Assembly: GCF_009914755.1 (NCBI RefSeq) | Contig: NC_060936.1 | Source: the human T2T-CHM13v2.0 reference genome, Homo sapiens | Strand: one strand, 5' to 3' | DNA length: 64,000 nucleotides | In this document: positions 1 to 13,911 of the stretch, one piece after another | How the letters are laid out: each line of letters opens with the position of its first letter | Numbering within the stretch: the first letter of the stretch is position 1 | Translations under genes and position numbers: made by a program | Notes under the pieces: model-generated | Databases searched by the model: none | What the model saw: the letters and a program-made list of their open reading frames with translations, nothing else | What the model was told of the DNA's origin: nothing

Positions 1-245
1 TGATAATAGAGAGACACCAAGAAAAGCAGGCATCTCATCAGAAACAAAGAAAACATAAGAAACTGAAGAGAACCTGAAGCCCCTGAAAGATCAGGGGAAG
101 ATATTGCAACTATAAAATAACATCAAAATTCTATGGGGACAAAAAAAAAAAAAAACCAATAGAGAACAAGAAAGTTTGGGGAGCATTAAAAATAAAATTG
201 CTCAAATTGAAAATTCATTAGAACAGTTGGAGAATAAATTAAAAA
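1..245 (+). mobile_element. Ancient L1M/HAL1 ORF1-like fragment
   Basis: A-rich decayed coiled-coil-type L1 ORF1 sequence; resumes at about 1130-1355 (ATAGGAGTTCCTGAAAGAGAA = IGVPERE motif). Confidence 0.55.
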
Positions 246-246
246 G

Positions 247-250
247 CACA

Positions 251-294
<44 letters not shown>

Positions 295-298
295 CATA
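247..298. repeat. (CA)n/(TA)n microsatellite
   Basis: Direct reading. Confidence 0.95.
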
Positions 299-855
299 TT
301 AGTCAACCCTGTTCCCCTCCCTTAACAGTGGCATCAAGAGTCTATCTTCCCTAACCCACTTTTCTTCCCTATCCCGTGCCCTGGGCTATATTAGAGTGCT
401 CTTGACACTAGAGACATCTGGCAGATGAGGCTGGAAAATGTCCAATGAGGGATGGAAAGAAGGAGTGATGGCAGAAGTGGAGCCCAACTTCATACCTTTG
501 CAGCCGCCTGGGCTCAGTTTCTGCTGCCCCTCCCTAGGTGCTCTTCCCCTCTGCATAGAGGCGACACCTGATGAAGTTTTCATAAGTACACAAACACTGG
601 ACTGGAATTACACAGACTGGTTGTGTGTCCAGGCTCTGCTATGAAGTTTCCAAAGAGGCAAGAAGCATGTCCATCAGAACAGCTATTGGCTTGCAATCTT
701 GTTGTCACCATTAACCAAAAAGAAAGTATCAATTTTATTTGAATGGCCTTTGGCAATGTTGGTCTGAGAATATGTGGCATGAAATAATAATGATTACTAT
801 TAAATTGATTATAAGTACATACCTATATCAACTGATATATAAAAGAAATGATTGA

Positions 856-1094
856 GCCAGGCACAGTGGCTCATGCCTATAATCCCAGCACTTTGGGAGG
901 CCAAGGCAGGAGGATAGCTTGAGCCCAGGAGTTTGAGGTCAGCCTGGGCTAACATAGTGAGATCCTGTCTGTACAAAAATTTAAAAATTAGTTGGGAGTG
1001 GTGATGTGCACCTATAGTCCCAGCTACTCAGGAGGCTTAGGTGAGGGGATCACTTGAGCCCAGGAGATCAAGTCTGCAGTGAACTGTTATAATC

Positions 1095-1125
<31 letters not shown>
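856..1125 (+). mobile_element. AluJ, 3' end replaced by (TAA)n
   Basis: Alu left and right arms with J-type GAGCCCAGGAG; (ATA)n at about 1095-1125. Confidence 0.9.
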
Positions 1126-1126
<1 letters not shown>

Positions 1127-1129
1127 CTG

Positions 1130-1538
1130 ATAATGTGAAAGAAAAGATTAATATGTAAAGGATTGATCCAAGATCTCAAACATTTGATAGGAGTTCCTGA
1201 AAGAGAAAAGGAAGGGGATAAAATAATCAAATAAAGAACTTTTTCCAAGGTTTGAAGAACATAAATCTTCAGATTGAAAGAACTTAGCACAGAAGAAAAA
1301 CCTATACCAAAGAAACAGCATCATGAAATTCTAGAGCATGAGACACAAAGAGAAGAAATAACATTCCTACTTCACACGATACACCAAAGTTGATGCCAGG
1401 TAGATTAAAGACTTAAACGTGGAAGTCAAACTTGAAAACTTTAAGAATAGAATATAGCATAGTATCCTCATGTCCTTAGGATAGAGAATGATTTTTCAAA
1501 TAAGACATCAAATGTACAACATATAAAGAAAAATCTGT
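1130..1538 (+). mobile_element. Ancient L1 fragments (ORF1 piece then ORF2 3' piece)
   Basis: IGVPE motif, then CTTCACACGATACACCAAAG...GATTAAAGACTTAAACGT; continues after the Alus at about 2146-2190. Confidence 0.65.
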
Positions 1539-2140
<602 letters not shown>

Positions 2141-2196
2141 CAAAGTGACACATTTGACTACATTAACTTTAAAACTTATATTTAATCAAAGGAGTC

Positions 2197-2599
2197 TGAC
2201 ATGATTTGGATATTTTTCCTGCCCAAATCTCAAATTGAAATGTAATCCCTGATGTTGGAGGTGGGGCCTAGAGGGAGATGATTGGGTCATAGGCTCAGAT
2301 CCCTCATATCTTGGTGCAGTCCTCATGATACTGAGTGAGTTCTCACGACACCTGGTTGTTTAAAAGTGTGTGGCACCTTCCCTCCCTCTCTCTTACTCCT
2401 GCTCTCACCATGCAACGTGCCTGCTCCCACTCCACTTTGTGCCATGATTGAAAGCACCCTGAGGCCTCCCCAGAAGCTGAGCAGAGGCTGGCACAATGCT
2501 TGTACAGCCTGCAGAACCATGAGCAAACTAAACCTCTTTTCTTTGTAAATTATCCAGTCTCAGGTATTCCTTTATAGCAAAACAAGAATGGCCAACACA
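2197..2599 (+). mobile_element. MSTA/MSTB solo LTR (MaLR)
   Basis: TG...CA ends; TGACATGATTTGG start; AAACCTCTTTTCTTTGTAAATTATCCAGTCTCAGGTATT near the end. Confidence 0.9.
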
Positions 2600-2845
2600 G
2601 AGAACATATCAAAGCTGCGTGATTGTTCACTCATCCTTTTGTCCTTTCCTCCTGTACTCTGACTGCAGTTCTCAGCCTTACTTGCAGCAAGTGTAGCCAT
2701 GTGATGACATAGTGGTCAATGAAATGCATCCATCTGGGACAAGGCACCCTCCATCACTTAAAGATACACAGCTAACAGGGCGTGTGTTTTGTTTTGTTTT
2801 TGTTTTTGTTTTTTTATTCTCAGTGTTCAAGACATATTTGAAGGG

Positions 2846-2938
2846 AGGAGGAGGTAGAGGTTGCCATGAGCTGTGATGGTGCCACTGCATTACAGCATGG
2901 GTGACAGAGAGAGACCCTGTCTCAAAAATAAAAATAAT
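2846..2938 (+). mobile_element. Alu 3' fragment
   Basis: GCCACTGCA...GACAGAGAGAGACCCTGTCTCAAAAA. Confidence 0.85.
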
Positions 2939-3189
2939 ATGGAACTCAGAATAGCAGCATTTAACTGTTCCTAGAACTTTCTAGAAATGGTCATCATTCA
3001 ACTTCAGCAACACGTATGCATTACTACTACTTCACACCAAAATCCCCATAGTTGCAAATAAAATATGAAAGTGCTTTGCAAATATAAAAGGTAACATAAA
3101 CAGAAGTGTGCTAAGAGGAAAGAAGTGCTAAAAAGAGAGTGAAACCCACAAAAAACATTATTTTAATTTCAGTAAGAAGAAACAATTGC

Positions 3190-3355
3190 AATGTCCTTAG
3201 CAATTCACTTACCCTCACTTGTTCTTCAGTGTCTAAGTCTGTAACATGGAGGTAATAATAATACCTCCCTTATAGGATTGGCGTGACAATTAAATGGGTC
3301 AATAAACTTTGGAGCTTAGAACAGTGTCTGGCATTTCAGCATAATAAATAGTTTG
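3190..3355 (+). mobile_element. MIR
   Basis: Core-like TCTGTAACATGGAGGTAATAATAATACCT...CTTAGAACAGTGTCTGGCA. Confidence 0.75.
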
Positions 3356-3999
3356 TTTTTTTAATAATATTGCCTTAAAAATGTCAATGCTCACAGCCCT
3401 CAGTAAAATGAAAAAAAAAGAGAATGAATTGAGAGAAGAGGGGGCTGAAACATAAAAGGAGCTGGGCATTTTTTACAGGCAATCTGACTTGAAGCCTCTC
3501 TACAAAATTATGAAGCAGATAACACTGTGCCTGTTTTATAGATAAGGACAAAGAGTCTCGAAACTATATGGCTATTAAGTGTACTTCAGGCACATTTTCA
3601 TTTCATTTTACTTTTTTTCCTCCTTTTATTTTATTTTTCCATAATTTATTGGGGTACAGGAGGTATTTGGTTACATGAGTGAGTTCTTTAGTGGTGATTT
3701 GTGAGATTTTGGTGCACCCATCACCCAAGCAGTATACACTGCACCATATTTGTAGTCTTTTATCCCTCGCCCCCCTCCAGTCCTTCCTTCGAAGTCCCCA
3801 AAGTCCATTTTATCATTCTTATGCCTTTGCATCCTCATAGCTTAGCTCCCACATATCAGTAAGAACATATGATGTTTGGTTTTCCATTCCTGAGTTACAT
3901 CGCTTAAAATAATAGTCTCCAATAATAGTCTCCAATCTCATCCAGGTCACTGCAAATGCGTTAATCATTCCTTTTTATTTTATTGCTGTGTAGTATTCG

Positions 4000-4002
<3 letters not shown>

Positions 4003-4046
<44 letters not shown>
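4003..4046. repeat. (CA)n microsatellite inside L1
   Basis: Direct reading. Confidence 0.95.
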
Positions 4047-4047
<1 letters not shown>

Positions 4048-4934
4048 ACAGTTTCTTTATCCACTCATTGATTGATGGGCATTTGGGTTGGTTCCACGAT
4101 TTTGCAATTGTGAATTGTGCTGCTATAAACATGTGTGTGCAAGCATCTTTTTTGAACAATGACTTCTTTTCCTCTGGGTAGATACCCAGTAGTGGGATTG
4201 CTGGATCAAATGGTAGTTCTAATTTTAGTTCTTTAAGGAATCTCCACACTGTTTTCCATAGTGGCTGTAGTAGTTTACATTCCCATCAGTAGAGTAGAAG
4301 TGTTCCCTGTTCACCGCATCCATGCCAACATCTGCTGCTTTTTTATTTTTTTATTATGGCCTTTCTTGAAGGAGTAAGGTGGTATCGCACTGTGGTTTCG
4401 ATTTGCATTCCCCTGATCATTAGTGATGTTGACCATTTTTTCATATGTTTGTTGGCCATTTGTATATCTTCTTTTGAGAACTGTCTATTCATGCCCTTAG
4501 CCCACTTTTTGGTAGGATTGTTTGTTTTCCTCTTATTGATTTGTTTGAATTCATTGTAGATTCTGGATATTAATCCTTTGTCAGATGTATAGATTGTGAA
4601 GATTTTCTCCCACTCTGTAGGTTGTCTATTTACTCTGCTGGCTGTTCCTTTTGCCGTGCAAAGCTCTTTAGTTTAATTAGGTCCCAGCTATTTATCTTTG
4701 TTTTTATTGCATTTGCTTTTGGGTTCTTGGTCATGAAATCCTTGCCTAAGCCAATCTCTTGAAGAGATTTTCCAATGTTATCTTCTAGAATTTTTATAGT
4801 TTCAGGTCTTAGGTTTAAGTCCTTAGTCCATCTTGAGTTGATTTTTGTGTAAGGTGAGATATGAGATCCAGTTTTATTCTCCTACATGTGGCTAGCCAAT
4901 TATCCCAGCATCATTTGTTGAAAAGGGTGTCCTT

Positions 4935-5303
4935 CCATGGACTACTACACAGCCATAAAAAAGGATGGGTTCAGGTCCTTTGTAGGGACATGGATGAAGC
5001 TAGAAACCATCATTCTTAGCAAACTATCACAAGGACAGAAAACCAAACACCGCATATTCTCACTCATAGGTGGGAATTGAACAATGAGAACACTTGGACA
5101 CAGGAAGGGGAACATCACACCAGGGTCTGTCGTGGGGTGGGGGGAGGGGGAGGGATAGCATTAGGAGACATACCTAATGTAAATGATGAGTATGGGTGCA
5201 GCACACCAACATGGCACATGTATACATATGTAACAAACCCACACGTTGTGCACATGTACCCTAGAACTTAAAGTACAATAATAAAAAATGATAATAATAA
5301 AAA
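4935..5303 (+). mobile_element. 5'-truncated L1PA (L1PA5-like) 3' end nested antisense in the L1PB
   Basis: L1PA 3'UTR with G-tract and TGTACCCTAGAACTTAAAG; 15-bp TSD GAAAAGGGTGTCCTT at 4920-4934 and 5304-5318. Confidence 0.95.
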
Positions 5304-8300
5304 GAAAAGGGTGTCCTTTCCCCATGTTACATTTTTGTTTGCTTTGTCAAAGAGCAGCTGACTGTAAGTATTTGGGTTTATTTCTGGGTTCTCTACTCTG
5401 TTCCACTGGTCTATGTGCCTATTTTTATACCAGTACCACGCTGTTCTGGTGACCATGGCCTTAGAGTATAGTTTGAAATCAGGAAGTGTGATGCCCCCAG
5501 ATTTGTTCTTTTTGCTTAGTCTTGCTTTGGCTATGCATGCTGTTTTTTGGTTCCATATGAATTTTAGAATTGTTTTTTTCTAATTCTGTGAACAATGATG
5601 GTGGTATTCTGATGGGGATTGTGTTGATGGCTTTTGGCAGTATGTAGATTGCTTTTGGCGGTATGGTCATTTTCACAATATTGATTCTACCCACCCATGA
5701 GCATGAGATGTGTTTCCATTTGTTTGTGTCATCTATGGTTTCTTTCAGGAGTGTTTTGTAGTTTTCCTTGTAGAGTTCTTTTGACTCCTTTGTTAGGTAT
5801 ATTCCTAAGAATTTTATTTTATTATTTTTTATTTTTTTCAGCCATTGTAAAAGGGGTTGAGTTCTGGATTTGATTCTCTGCTTGGTTGCTGTTGGTGCAT
5901 AGAAGAGCTACGGATTTGTGTACATTAATCTTGTATCCAGAAACTTTGCTGAATTCTTTTATCACTTCTAGGAGCTTTCTAGAGAAGTCCTAAGGATTTT
6001 CAAGGTAAACGATCATATCGTCAGCAAACAGTGACAGTTTGACTTCTTCTCTACTGATTTGGATGCCTTTTATTTCTTTCTCTTTTCTGATTGCTCTGGC
6101 TAGGACTTCCAGTACTATATTGAAGAAGAGTGGTGACAGTGGGCATCCTTGTCTTGTTCCAGTTTTCAGAGGGAATGCTTTCAACTTTTTTCCCCATTCA
6201 GTGTTATGTTGGCTGTGGGTTTGTCATAGATGGCTTTTATTGCATTAAGGTATGTCCCTTGTACGCCGATTTTGCTGAGAGTTTTTAATCATAAAGGATG
6301 CTGGATTTTGTTGAATGCTTTTTCTGCATCTACTGAGATGATCGTGTGATTTTTGTTTTTAATTCTGTTTATGTAGTGTATCACATTTATTGACTTGGGT
6401 ATGTTAAACCATCCCTGCATCCCCAGTATGAAACCCACTTGATCATGGTGGATTATCTTTTTGATATGTTGTTGGATTCAGTTAGCTAGTATTTTGATAA
6501 GGATTTTAGCATCTATGTTCATCAAAGACATAGGTCTGTAGTTTTCTTTTTTGGATATGTCCTCTCCTGGTTTTGGTATTAGGGTGATGCTGGCTTCATA
6601 GAGTGAATTAGGGAGGGTTCCTTCTTTCTCTATCTTGTGGAATAGTGTCAAAAGAATTGGTACCAATTCTTCTTTGAATTTCTGGTAGAATTCTGCTGTG
6701 AATCCGTCTGGTCCTGGACTTATTTTGAAATGGTAATTTTTAAATTACCATTTCAATCTTGTTGCTTGTTATTGGTCTGTTCAGGGTAGCTAATTCTTCC
6801 TGATTTAAGCTTGGAAGGTTGTATTTTTCCAGAAACTTATCCCTCTCTTCTAGATTTTCTAGTTAATGCATGTAAAGGTGTTCATAGCAGCCTTGAATGA
6901 TCTTTTGTATTTCAGTGGTGTCAGTTGTAATATCTCCTGTTTCATTTATTAGTGAGGTTATTTGGATTTTCTCTCTTCTTTTATTGGCTAATCTTGCTAA
7001 TGATCTATCCATTTTATTTATCTTTTCAAAGAACCAGCTCTTGTTTCATTTTTCTTTTCTATTTTTGTTTTTGTTTTTTTCCATTTCATTTAGTTCTGCT
7101 CTGGTCTTGGTTATTTCCTTTCTTCTGCTGGATTTGGGTTTGGTTTGTTCTTGTTTCCCTCATTCCTTGATGTGTGACCTTAGATTGTCTGCCTGTGCTT
7201 TTTCAGACCTTTGGATGTAGGCGTTTAGGGCTATGAACTTTCCTCTTAGCGCCGCATTTGCTGTATCCCAGAGGCTTTGATAGATTGTGTCATTATTGTC
7301 ATTCAGTTCAAAGAATTTTTAAATTTCCATCTTGATTTTGTTTTCGACCCAATGCTCATTCAGGAGCAGGTTATTTAATTTCCGTGTATTTGCATGGTTT
7401 TGAAGGTTCCTTTTGGAGTGGATTTTCAGTTTTATTCCACTGTGGTCTGAGACAGTGCTTGATATAATTTCAATTTTATTACATTTATTGAGGCTCGTTT
7501 TATGGCCTATCATATGGTCTATCTTGGAGAAAATTCCATGGGCTGTCGAATAGAATGTGTATTCTGAGGTTGGATGAAACGTTCTGTATATATCTGTTAA
7601 GTCCATTTGCTCCAAGGTATAGATTAAATCCATTGTTTCTTCGTTGACTTTCTGTCTTGATGGCCTGTCTAGTGCTTTCAGTGGAGTATTGAAGTCCCCC
7701 ACTATTATTGTGTTGCTGTCTATCTCATTTCTTTTCTTAGGTCTATTAGTAATTGTTTTATGAACTTGGGACCTCCAGTGTTAGGTGCATATATGTTTAG
7801 GACTATGATATTTTCCTGTTGGATAAGGCCTTTTACCATTATATACTGTCCCTCTTTGTCTCTTTTAACCACTATTGCTTTAAAGTTTGTTTTGTCTGAT
7901 ATAAGAATAGCTATCCCTGCTCGCTTTTGGTGTCCATTTGCATGAAATGCCTTTTTCCACCCCTTTATTTTAAGTTTTTGTGAGTCCTTATGTGTTAGGC
8001 AAGTCTCCTGAAGGCAGCAGATGGTTGGTGAGTTCTTATCCATTCTGTGGTTCTGTACCTTTTAAGTGGAGCATTTAGGCCATTTACATTCAATGTTAAT
8101 ATTGAAATGTGAAGTACTGTTGCTTTCATCATGCTCTCTGTTGCCTGTGTACTTTGGTTTTTTGGTTTTTGATTTTGCTTTTTAACTTGTATTTTTGTTT
8201 TATAGATCCTGTGTGATTTATGCTTCAAAGAGATTCTGTTTTGTTTTGTTTCAAGATTTAGAGTTTCTTTTAGCAGTTATTTTACTAGTGGTTTGGTAAC

Positions 8301-11300
8301 GGTGAATTCACTCAGCATTTGTTTGTCTGAAAATGACTGTATCTATCTTTCCTTCTTACATGATGCTTAGTTTCACTGAATACAAAATTCTTGGCTGATA
8401 ACTGTTTTGGCTGAAGATAGGTCCCCAATCCCTTCTAGCTTGTAGGGTTTCTGCTGAAAGATCTGCTGTTAATCTGATAGATTCTCCTTTATAGGTTACC
8501 TGGTGCTTCTGTCTCACAGCTCTTAAGATTCTTTCCTTTATCTTAACTTTGAATGAGCTGATGACAATGCCTAGGCGAAGATCTTTTTGTGATGAATTTT
8601 CCAGGTGTTCTTTGTGCTTCTTGTATTTGCATGTCTAGATCTCTAGCAAGGCCGGGGAAGTTTTCCTCGATTATTGCCCCGAACATGTTTTCCAGGCTTT
8701 TAGAATTCTCTTCTTCCTCAGGAACACCAATCATTCTTAGGTTTGATCATTTAACATAATCCCAGACTTCTTAGAGGCTTTGTCCATATTTTCTTATTCT
8801 TTTTTCTTTGTCTTTGTTGGATTGAGTTAATTCAAAGACCTTGTTTTTGAGCTCTGAATTTTGTTCTTCTACTTGTTCCATTCTATTGCTGAGACATTCC
8901 AGAGCATTTCACATTTCTAAAAGTGTGTCCAAAGTTTCCTGAATTTTTTATTGTTTTTTCTTTAAGCTGTCTATTCCCATGAATATTTCTCCGTTCATTT
9001 CCTGAATCATTTTTTTCCCTTGCACTGGGCTTTGCCTTTCTCCAGTCCTTCCCTGATTGGCTTAATAACTAACCTCCTGAATTCTTTTTTAGGTAAATCA
9101 GGAATTTCTTCTTGGTTGGACCCATTGCTGGTGAACTAGTATGATTTTGAGGGGGTGTTGAAGAGCCTTATTTTGTCATATTACTAGGGTTGTTTTTCCG
9201 GTTCCTTCTCATTTGGGTAGGCTGTCTGAAGGAAGGCCTAGGACTGAAGGCTGTTGTTCAGATTCTTTTGTCCCACGGGATGTACCCTTGATGTAGTACT
9301 CTCCCCCTTTTCCTACCGATGTGGCTTCCTGTGAGCTGAACTGCAGTGATTGTTGTCTCTCTGCTGGGTCTAGCTGCCCAGCGAGTCTACCTAGCTCAGG
9401 GCTGGTACTGGGGGTTTTCTGCACAGAGTCCTGTGATGTGAACTGTCTATGGGTCACTTAGCTGTGGATACCAGCACCTGTTCCAGTGGAGGTGATGGAG
9501 AGTACAATGGACTCCATGAGGGTCCTTAGCTTTGTGGTTTAATGCTCTATTTTTGTGCTGGTTGGCCTCCTACCAGGAGGTGGCACTTTCCAGAAAGCAT
9601 CAGCTGTAGCAGTATGGAGAGGGACCAGCAGTGGGTGGGGCCCTTGAACTCCCAATATTATATGCCCTTTGTCTTCCACTACCAGGGTGGATAGGGAAGG
9701 ACCATCAGGTGGGGGCAGGGCTAGGTGTGTCTGAGGCCAGACTCTCCTTGGGCGGGTCTTGCTGCGGCTGCTGCCGGGGATGGGGGTGAGATTCCCAGGT
9801 CACTGGAGTTGTGTACCTAGGAGGATTATGGCTGCCTCTTCTGAGTCATGCAGGTTGTCAGGAAAGCAGGAGAAAGCCGGCAGTCACAGGCCTTACCAGC
9901 TCCCAGGCAAACCAAAGTACCAGTCTCACTCCCACCATGCCTCCCACAACAGCCCAAGTCTGTTTCCAGGTGGAGGGTGAGAAGGGCTTGAAAACTTGCC
10001 CAAGGCTATCTGCCTCCCAGCTGCAAGAGAAAAAAGCTTTAGTTCTGCCCTTGCCTGTGAAGTCTGAACACCTGATTCACGCCCTCCCCTTAGTTCTGGC
10101 CAGGAGGCTTCTTGCCCTGTTTAAATTGTTACAAAGTTCAACTAGAGAATTCCTTCTCCCTGTGGAGTTTTACCCTCTGCTCCTCTGGCCACCCTCTGGA
10201 TGGATCCCTGTGGTGTCAGGCAGGAATGGGCTGTCTGGGGACCCAGCAAGCTCCCAAGGCCTTTCTGCTGCTTCCTCTACCCCTGTGTTTTGCTCAGCTC
10301 TCTAACTTGACTCAGGATCATGTAAAGTCAGAAGCTTCTCCCACAAACAGTACTTCAGTTTCTCCAGTGGGGGTGTGTGTTCGGGAAAGGAGGATCTCCC
10401 TTTCCCAATTCCACAGTTGGGGCACTCACAGTATTTGGGGTGTCTCCCAGGTCCTGCAGAAGCAGTCCACTTCTTTCAGAGGGTCTGTGGTTCCTCTCAG
10501 GATTGCTGGTTTGTTCTTGCAGTTGATCTGGAGATAAAATTCACAATGCAAGCCTCCGCATGCTGCATTTTCATTTTAAAAGGCACTACAAGTGCTTTAC
10601 CTTTCAGAGAAGCCATATAATTCCATAGACACACTCCATTATCATATGCTAAAGATTATTTAAGCTGTTCATTCTTGCTAAATTGAACCATAATCAAACT
10701 GTCAAGAAGGCATAGAAACTCAAAGACTGCTGTTAAATCACCCTTTTGCCCCCTCATTAGCAGGGAAACTGACCTCAGATGTTTTCATCTCACCCCACAA
10801 GTGTTATTTCTCCAGCCTTTACTCACTGCCCCTTCCCTCTACAGTCCTGAGCCTAGGTTTCTAGAAGAAGAGAAGCTGCTTTGGATGGGTCCCTTCTCCC
10901 ATATGTCCCACCCTCTCTCTCTATTTAATTTTGGCAACCTTGGCTAATGTCACCAGAGATGTGTCTGATTTTGTCAGTTTTCTCAAAGAAGCAACTTGCC
11001 ATTATTGATAACTTTTATTTTATCTTTGTTTTCTATTCTATGTAATTTACATGTATTAAGTTTTTAGCCTTTGTAGTGTATAGTTCTGTGATTTTTGACA
11101 GGTACAATCATGTAGGCAGAACCATGAAGATATAAAGCATTCCGATTATCTCTAAAAATTCCTTACAACCCTTTGTTGTCAGCTCCTTCCCTCGCCTCCA
11201 ACCCCTGAAAATTACCATGTGTTTTCTATTCCTCCAGCTTTGCCTTTTCCAGAATATCATATAAATGAAACCATGTGGCATATACCTATTTGAGTCTGGA

Positions 11301-11453
11301 TTCTTTCAGTTAGCATAAGATATTTGAGATTCACCCAGTTGTTGCATGTATCAGAAGCTAGTTTCTTTTTATTGCTCAGTGGAGTTCCATTGTTTGGATG
11401 GACTACAGGCTGTTTATCCACTCACCAGTTGAAGGACATTGGGGTTTGGGATG

Positions 11454-11811
11454 TGATATGGTTTGGCTATGTCCCCGCCCATATCGCACCTTGAATTCCC
11501 ACATGTTGTGGGAGGGACCCAGTGGGAGGTAATTGAATCATGGGGGCAAGTCTTTCCCATGCTTTTCTCCGGATAGTGAATAAGTCTCACAAGATCTGTT
11601 AGTTTTAAAAAGGTGAGTTTCCCTGCACAAGCTCTATCTCTCTTTGTCTGCTGCCATCCATGTGAGATGTGATTTGCCCCTCTTTGCCTTCCGCCATGAT
11701 TGTGAGGCTTCCCCAGCCATGTGGAACTATAAGTTGATTAAACCTCTTTCTTCTGTAAATTGCCCAGTCTCAGGTATATCTTTATCAGCAGCGTGAAAAC
11801 AAACAAATACA
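11454..11811 (+). mobile_element. THE1 (THE1B-like) solo LTR
   Basis: TGATATGGTTTGGCT...AAATACA; 5-bp TSD GGATG/GGGTG. Confidence 0.93.
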
Positions 11812-12018
11812 GGGTGCTTATGAATAAAGCTTCTATAAATACTTGCACACAGGTTTTTATGTGACTATATATTTGCAATTTGCTTGGATAAACATCTAAA
11901 GTTGGTATTAGTGGGTCATAAGGTAATGATATTTTAACTTTATAAGAAACTGCCAAACTTTTTCTAAAGTATCCATACCATTTTGCATTCCCACCAGTAA
12001 TATTTAAGAGAGAGTTCC

Positions 12019-12870
<852 letters not shown>

Positions 12871-13582
12871 TAGTGGTATCTCTTTGTGGTTTTAATTTGC
12901 ATTTTCCTAATGATGCTGAATATCTTATAAATGCTTATTGGGCATTTTTATATTTAAGTTTCCTTTTGAGTTGTTTGCCCATTTTTTAATTGGGCTGTGT
13001 TTTTCTTATTTTCGAGCTTTAAGAGTCCTTCATCTATTTTGTCCTACAGCACATATTGATTTCCTGCTTCCTTTTTTATCCTCCCAGGGGCCACATCTAA
13101 CATTTTTGAGATGAGCATACAGATTGTGTTTTGCCCAGAGCCACTAGTCACAAGGGAAGGAGGGGTCCAGATATTGATAAAAGATGGGAAAGGCCTTGAT
13201 TGTACAGTAATCCAAAGTTTTCCACTGTCTTCATCTAAGTTAGAACAACACAGTGGGTCTATGATAAGAGAAAATAAAGAAACAACATGGCACAAAAGTC
13301 TTAAGGAATGGGCCAAGCTAGTGAAAGAAGTTAGTTTAGTAGCTACTTCACTCTGAGACAGGACCAGAAGGTACAATTTTCATTCTACCCTTTGCTCAAG
13401 ATTAAGGATTTATTGTATGCCCCTCATCTTCAGTTTCAACAGGACTGATCTGATTGGCTGAGCACTGGAGCCAAAACAGAGAGGAAGAGGTAGCGTCCAA
13501 AGACGAGGAGACACTGGAAGGAGAGGAAGAGGAGTGCCCTTGCGCACACCAGACAGACAGCTCAGTATGTACTGAGCAATGA

Positions 13583-13911
13583 TTTTCTTTTCTTTGCTTT
13601 TTTTTGGTTGTTGTTGTTATTGTTGATACAGGATCTCACTCTGTCGCCCAGGCTAGAGTACGGTGGTGTAATCTCAGCTCACTGCCTCCCTGGTTCAACC
13701 TATCCTCCTGCTTCAGCCTCCTGAGTCACTGGGACTACAGGCACATGCCACTACAGACTAATTTTTGTATTTTTTGTAGAAATAGGGTTTCCCTATGTTG
13801 CCTAGGCTAGTCTCAAACTCCTATATTCAAGTAATCCACCCGCCTCAGCCTCCCAAAGTGCTGTGATTACAGGAGTCAGCCACCATGTCCAGTAAGCCAC
13901 CATGCCCAGCC
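13583..13911 (-). mobile_element. AluJ
   Basis: Dimer; TSD CTGAG(CA/TT)ATGATTTTC; small duplication at its 5' end. Confidence 0.9.

Larger units (their letters stand above)
3604..10565 (-). mobile_element. Near-full-length L1PB (L1PB1-like), ORF1/ORF2 disrupted
   Basis: L1PB 3'UTR at 3620-3980. ORF2 pieces: ILTLNVNGLNAP (EN start), [32 protein letters not shown] (RT), C-terminal [11 protein letters not shown]1 piece IGVPEEEE. About 1.4-kb 5'UTR. TSD CATTTTCATTT at 3593-3603 and 10566-10576 with TT/AAAA EN site. Confidence 0.95.

Noticed and set aside
300-850. Block between ancient L1 fragments, possibly an old LTR
   Set aside because: No family, termini or TSD could be recognised with confidence; needs a Dfam search.
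5990-8734. Reverse transcriptase, endonuclease and ORF1 peptides as a functional system
   Set aside because: Fragments of a dead L1PB with many stops and frameshifts.
9759-10620. Overlapping + strand ORFs of 73-164 aa
   Set aside because: Antisense to the GC-richer L1 5'UTR; mostly non-ATG starts and no recognisable domain.
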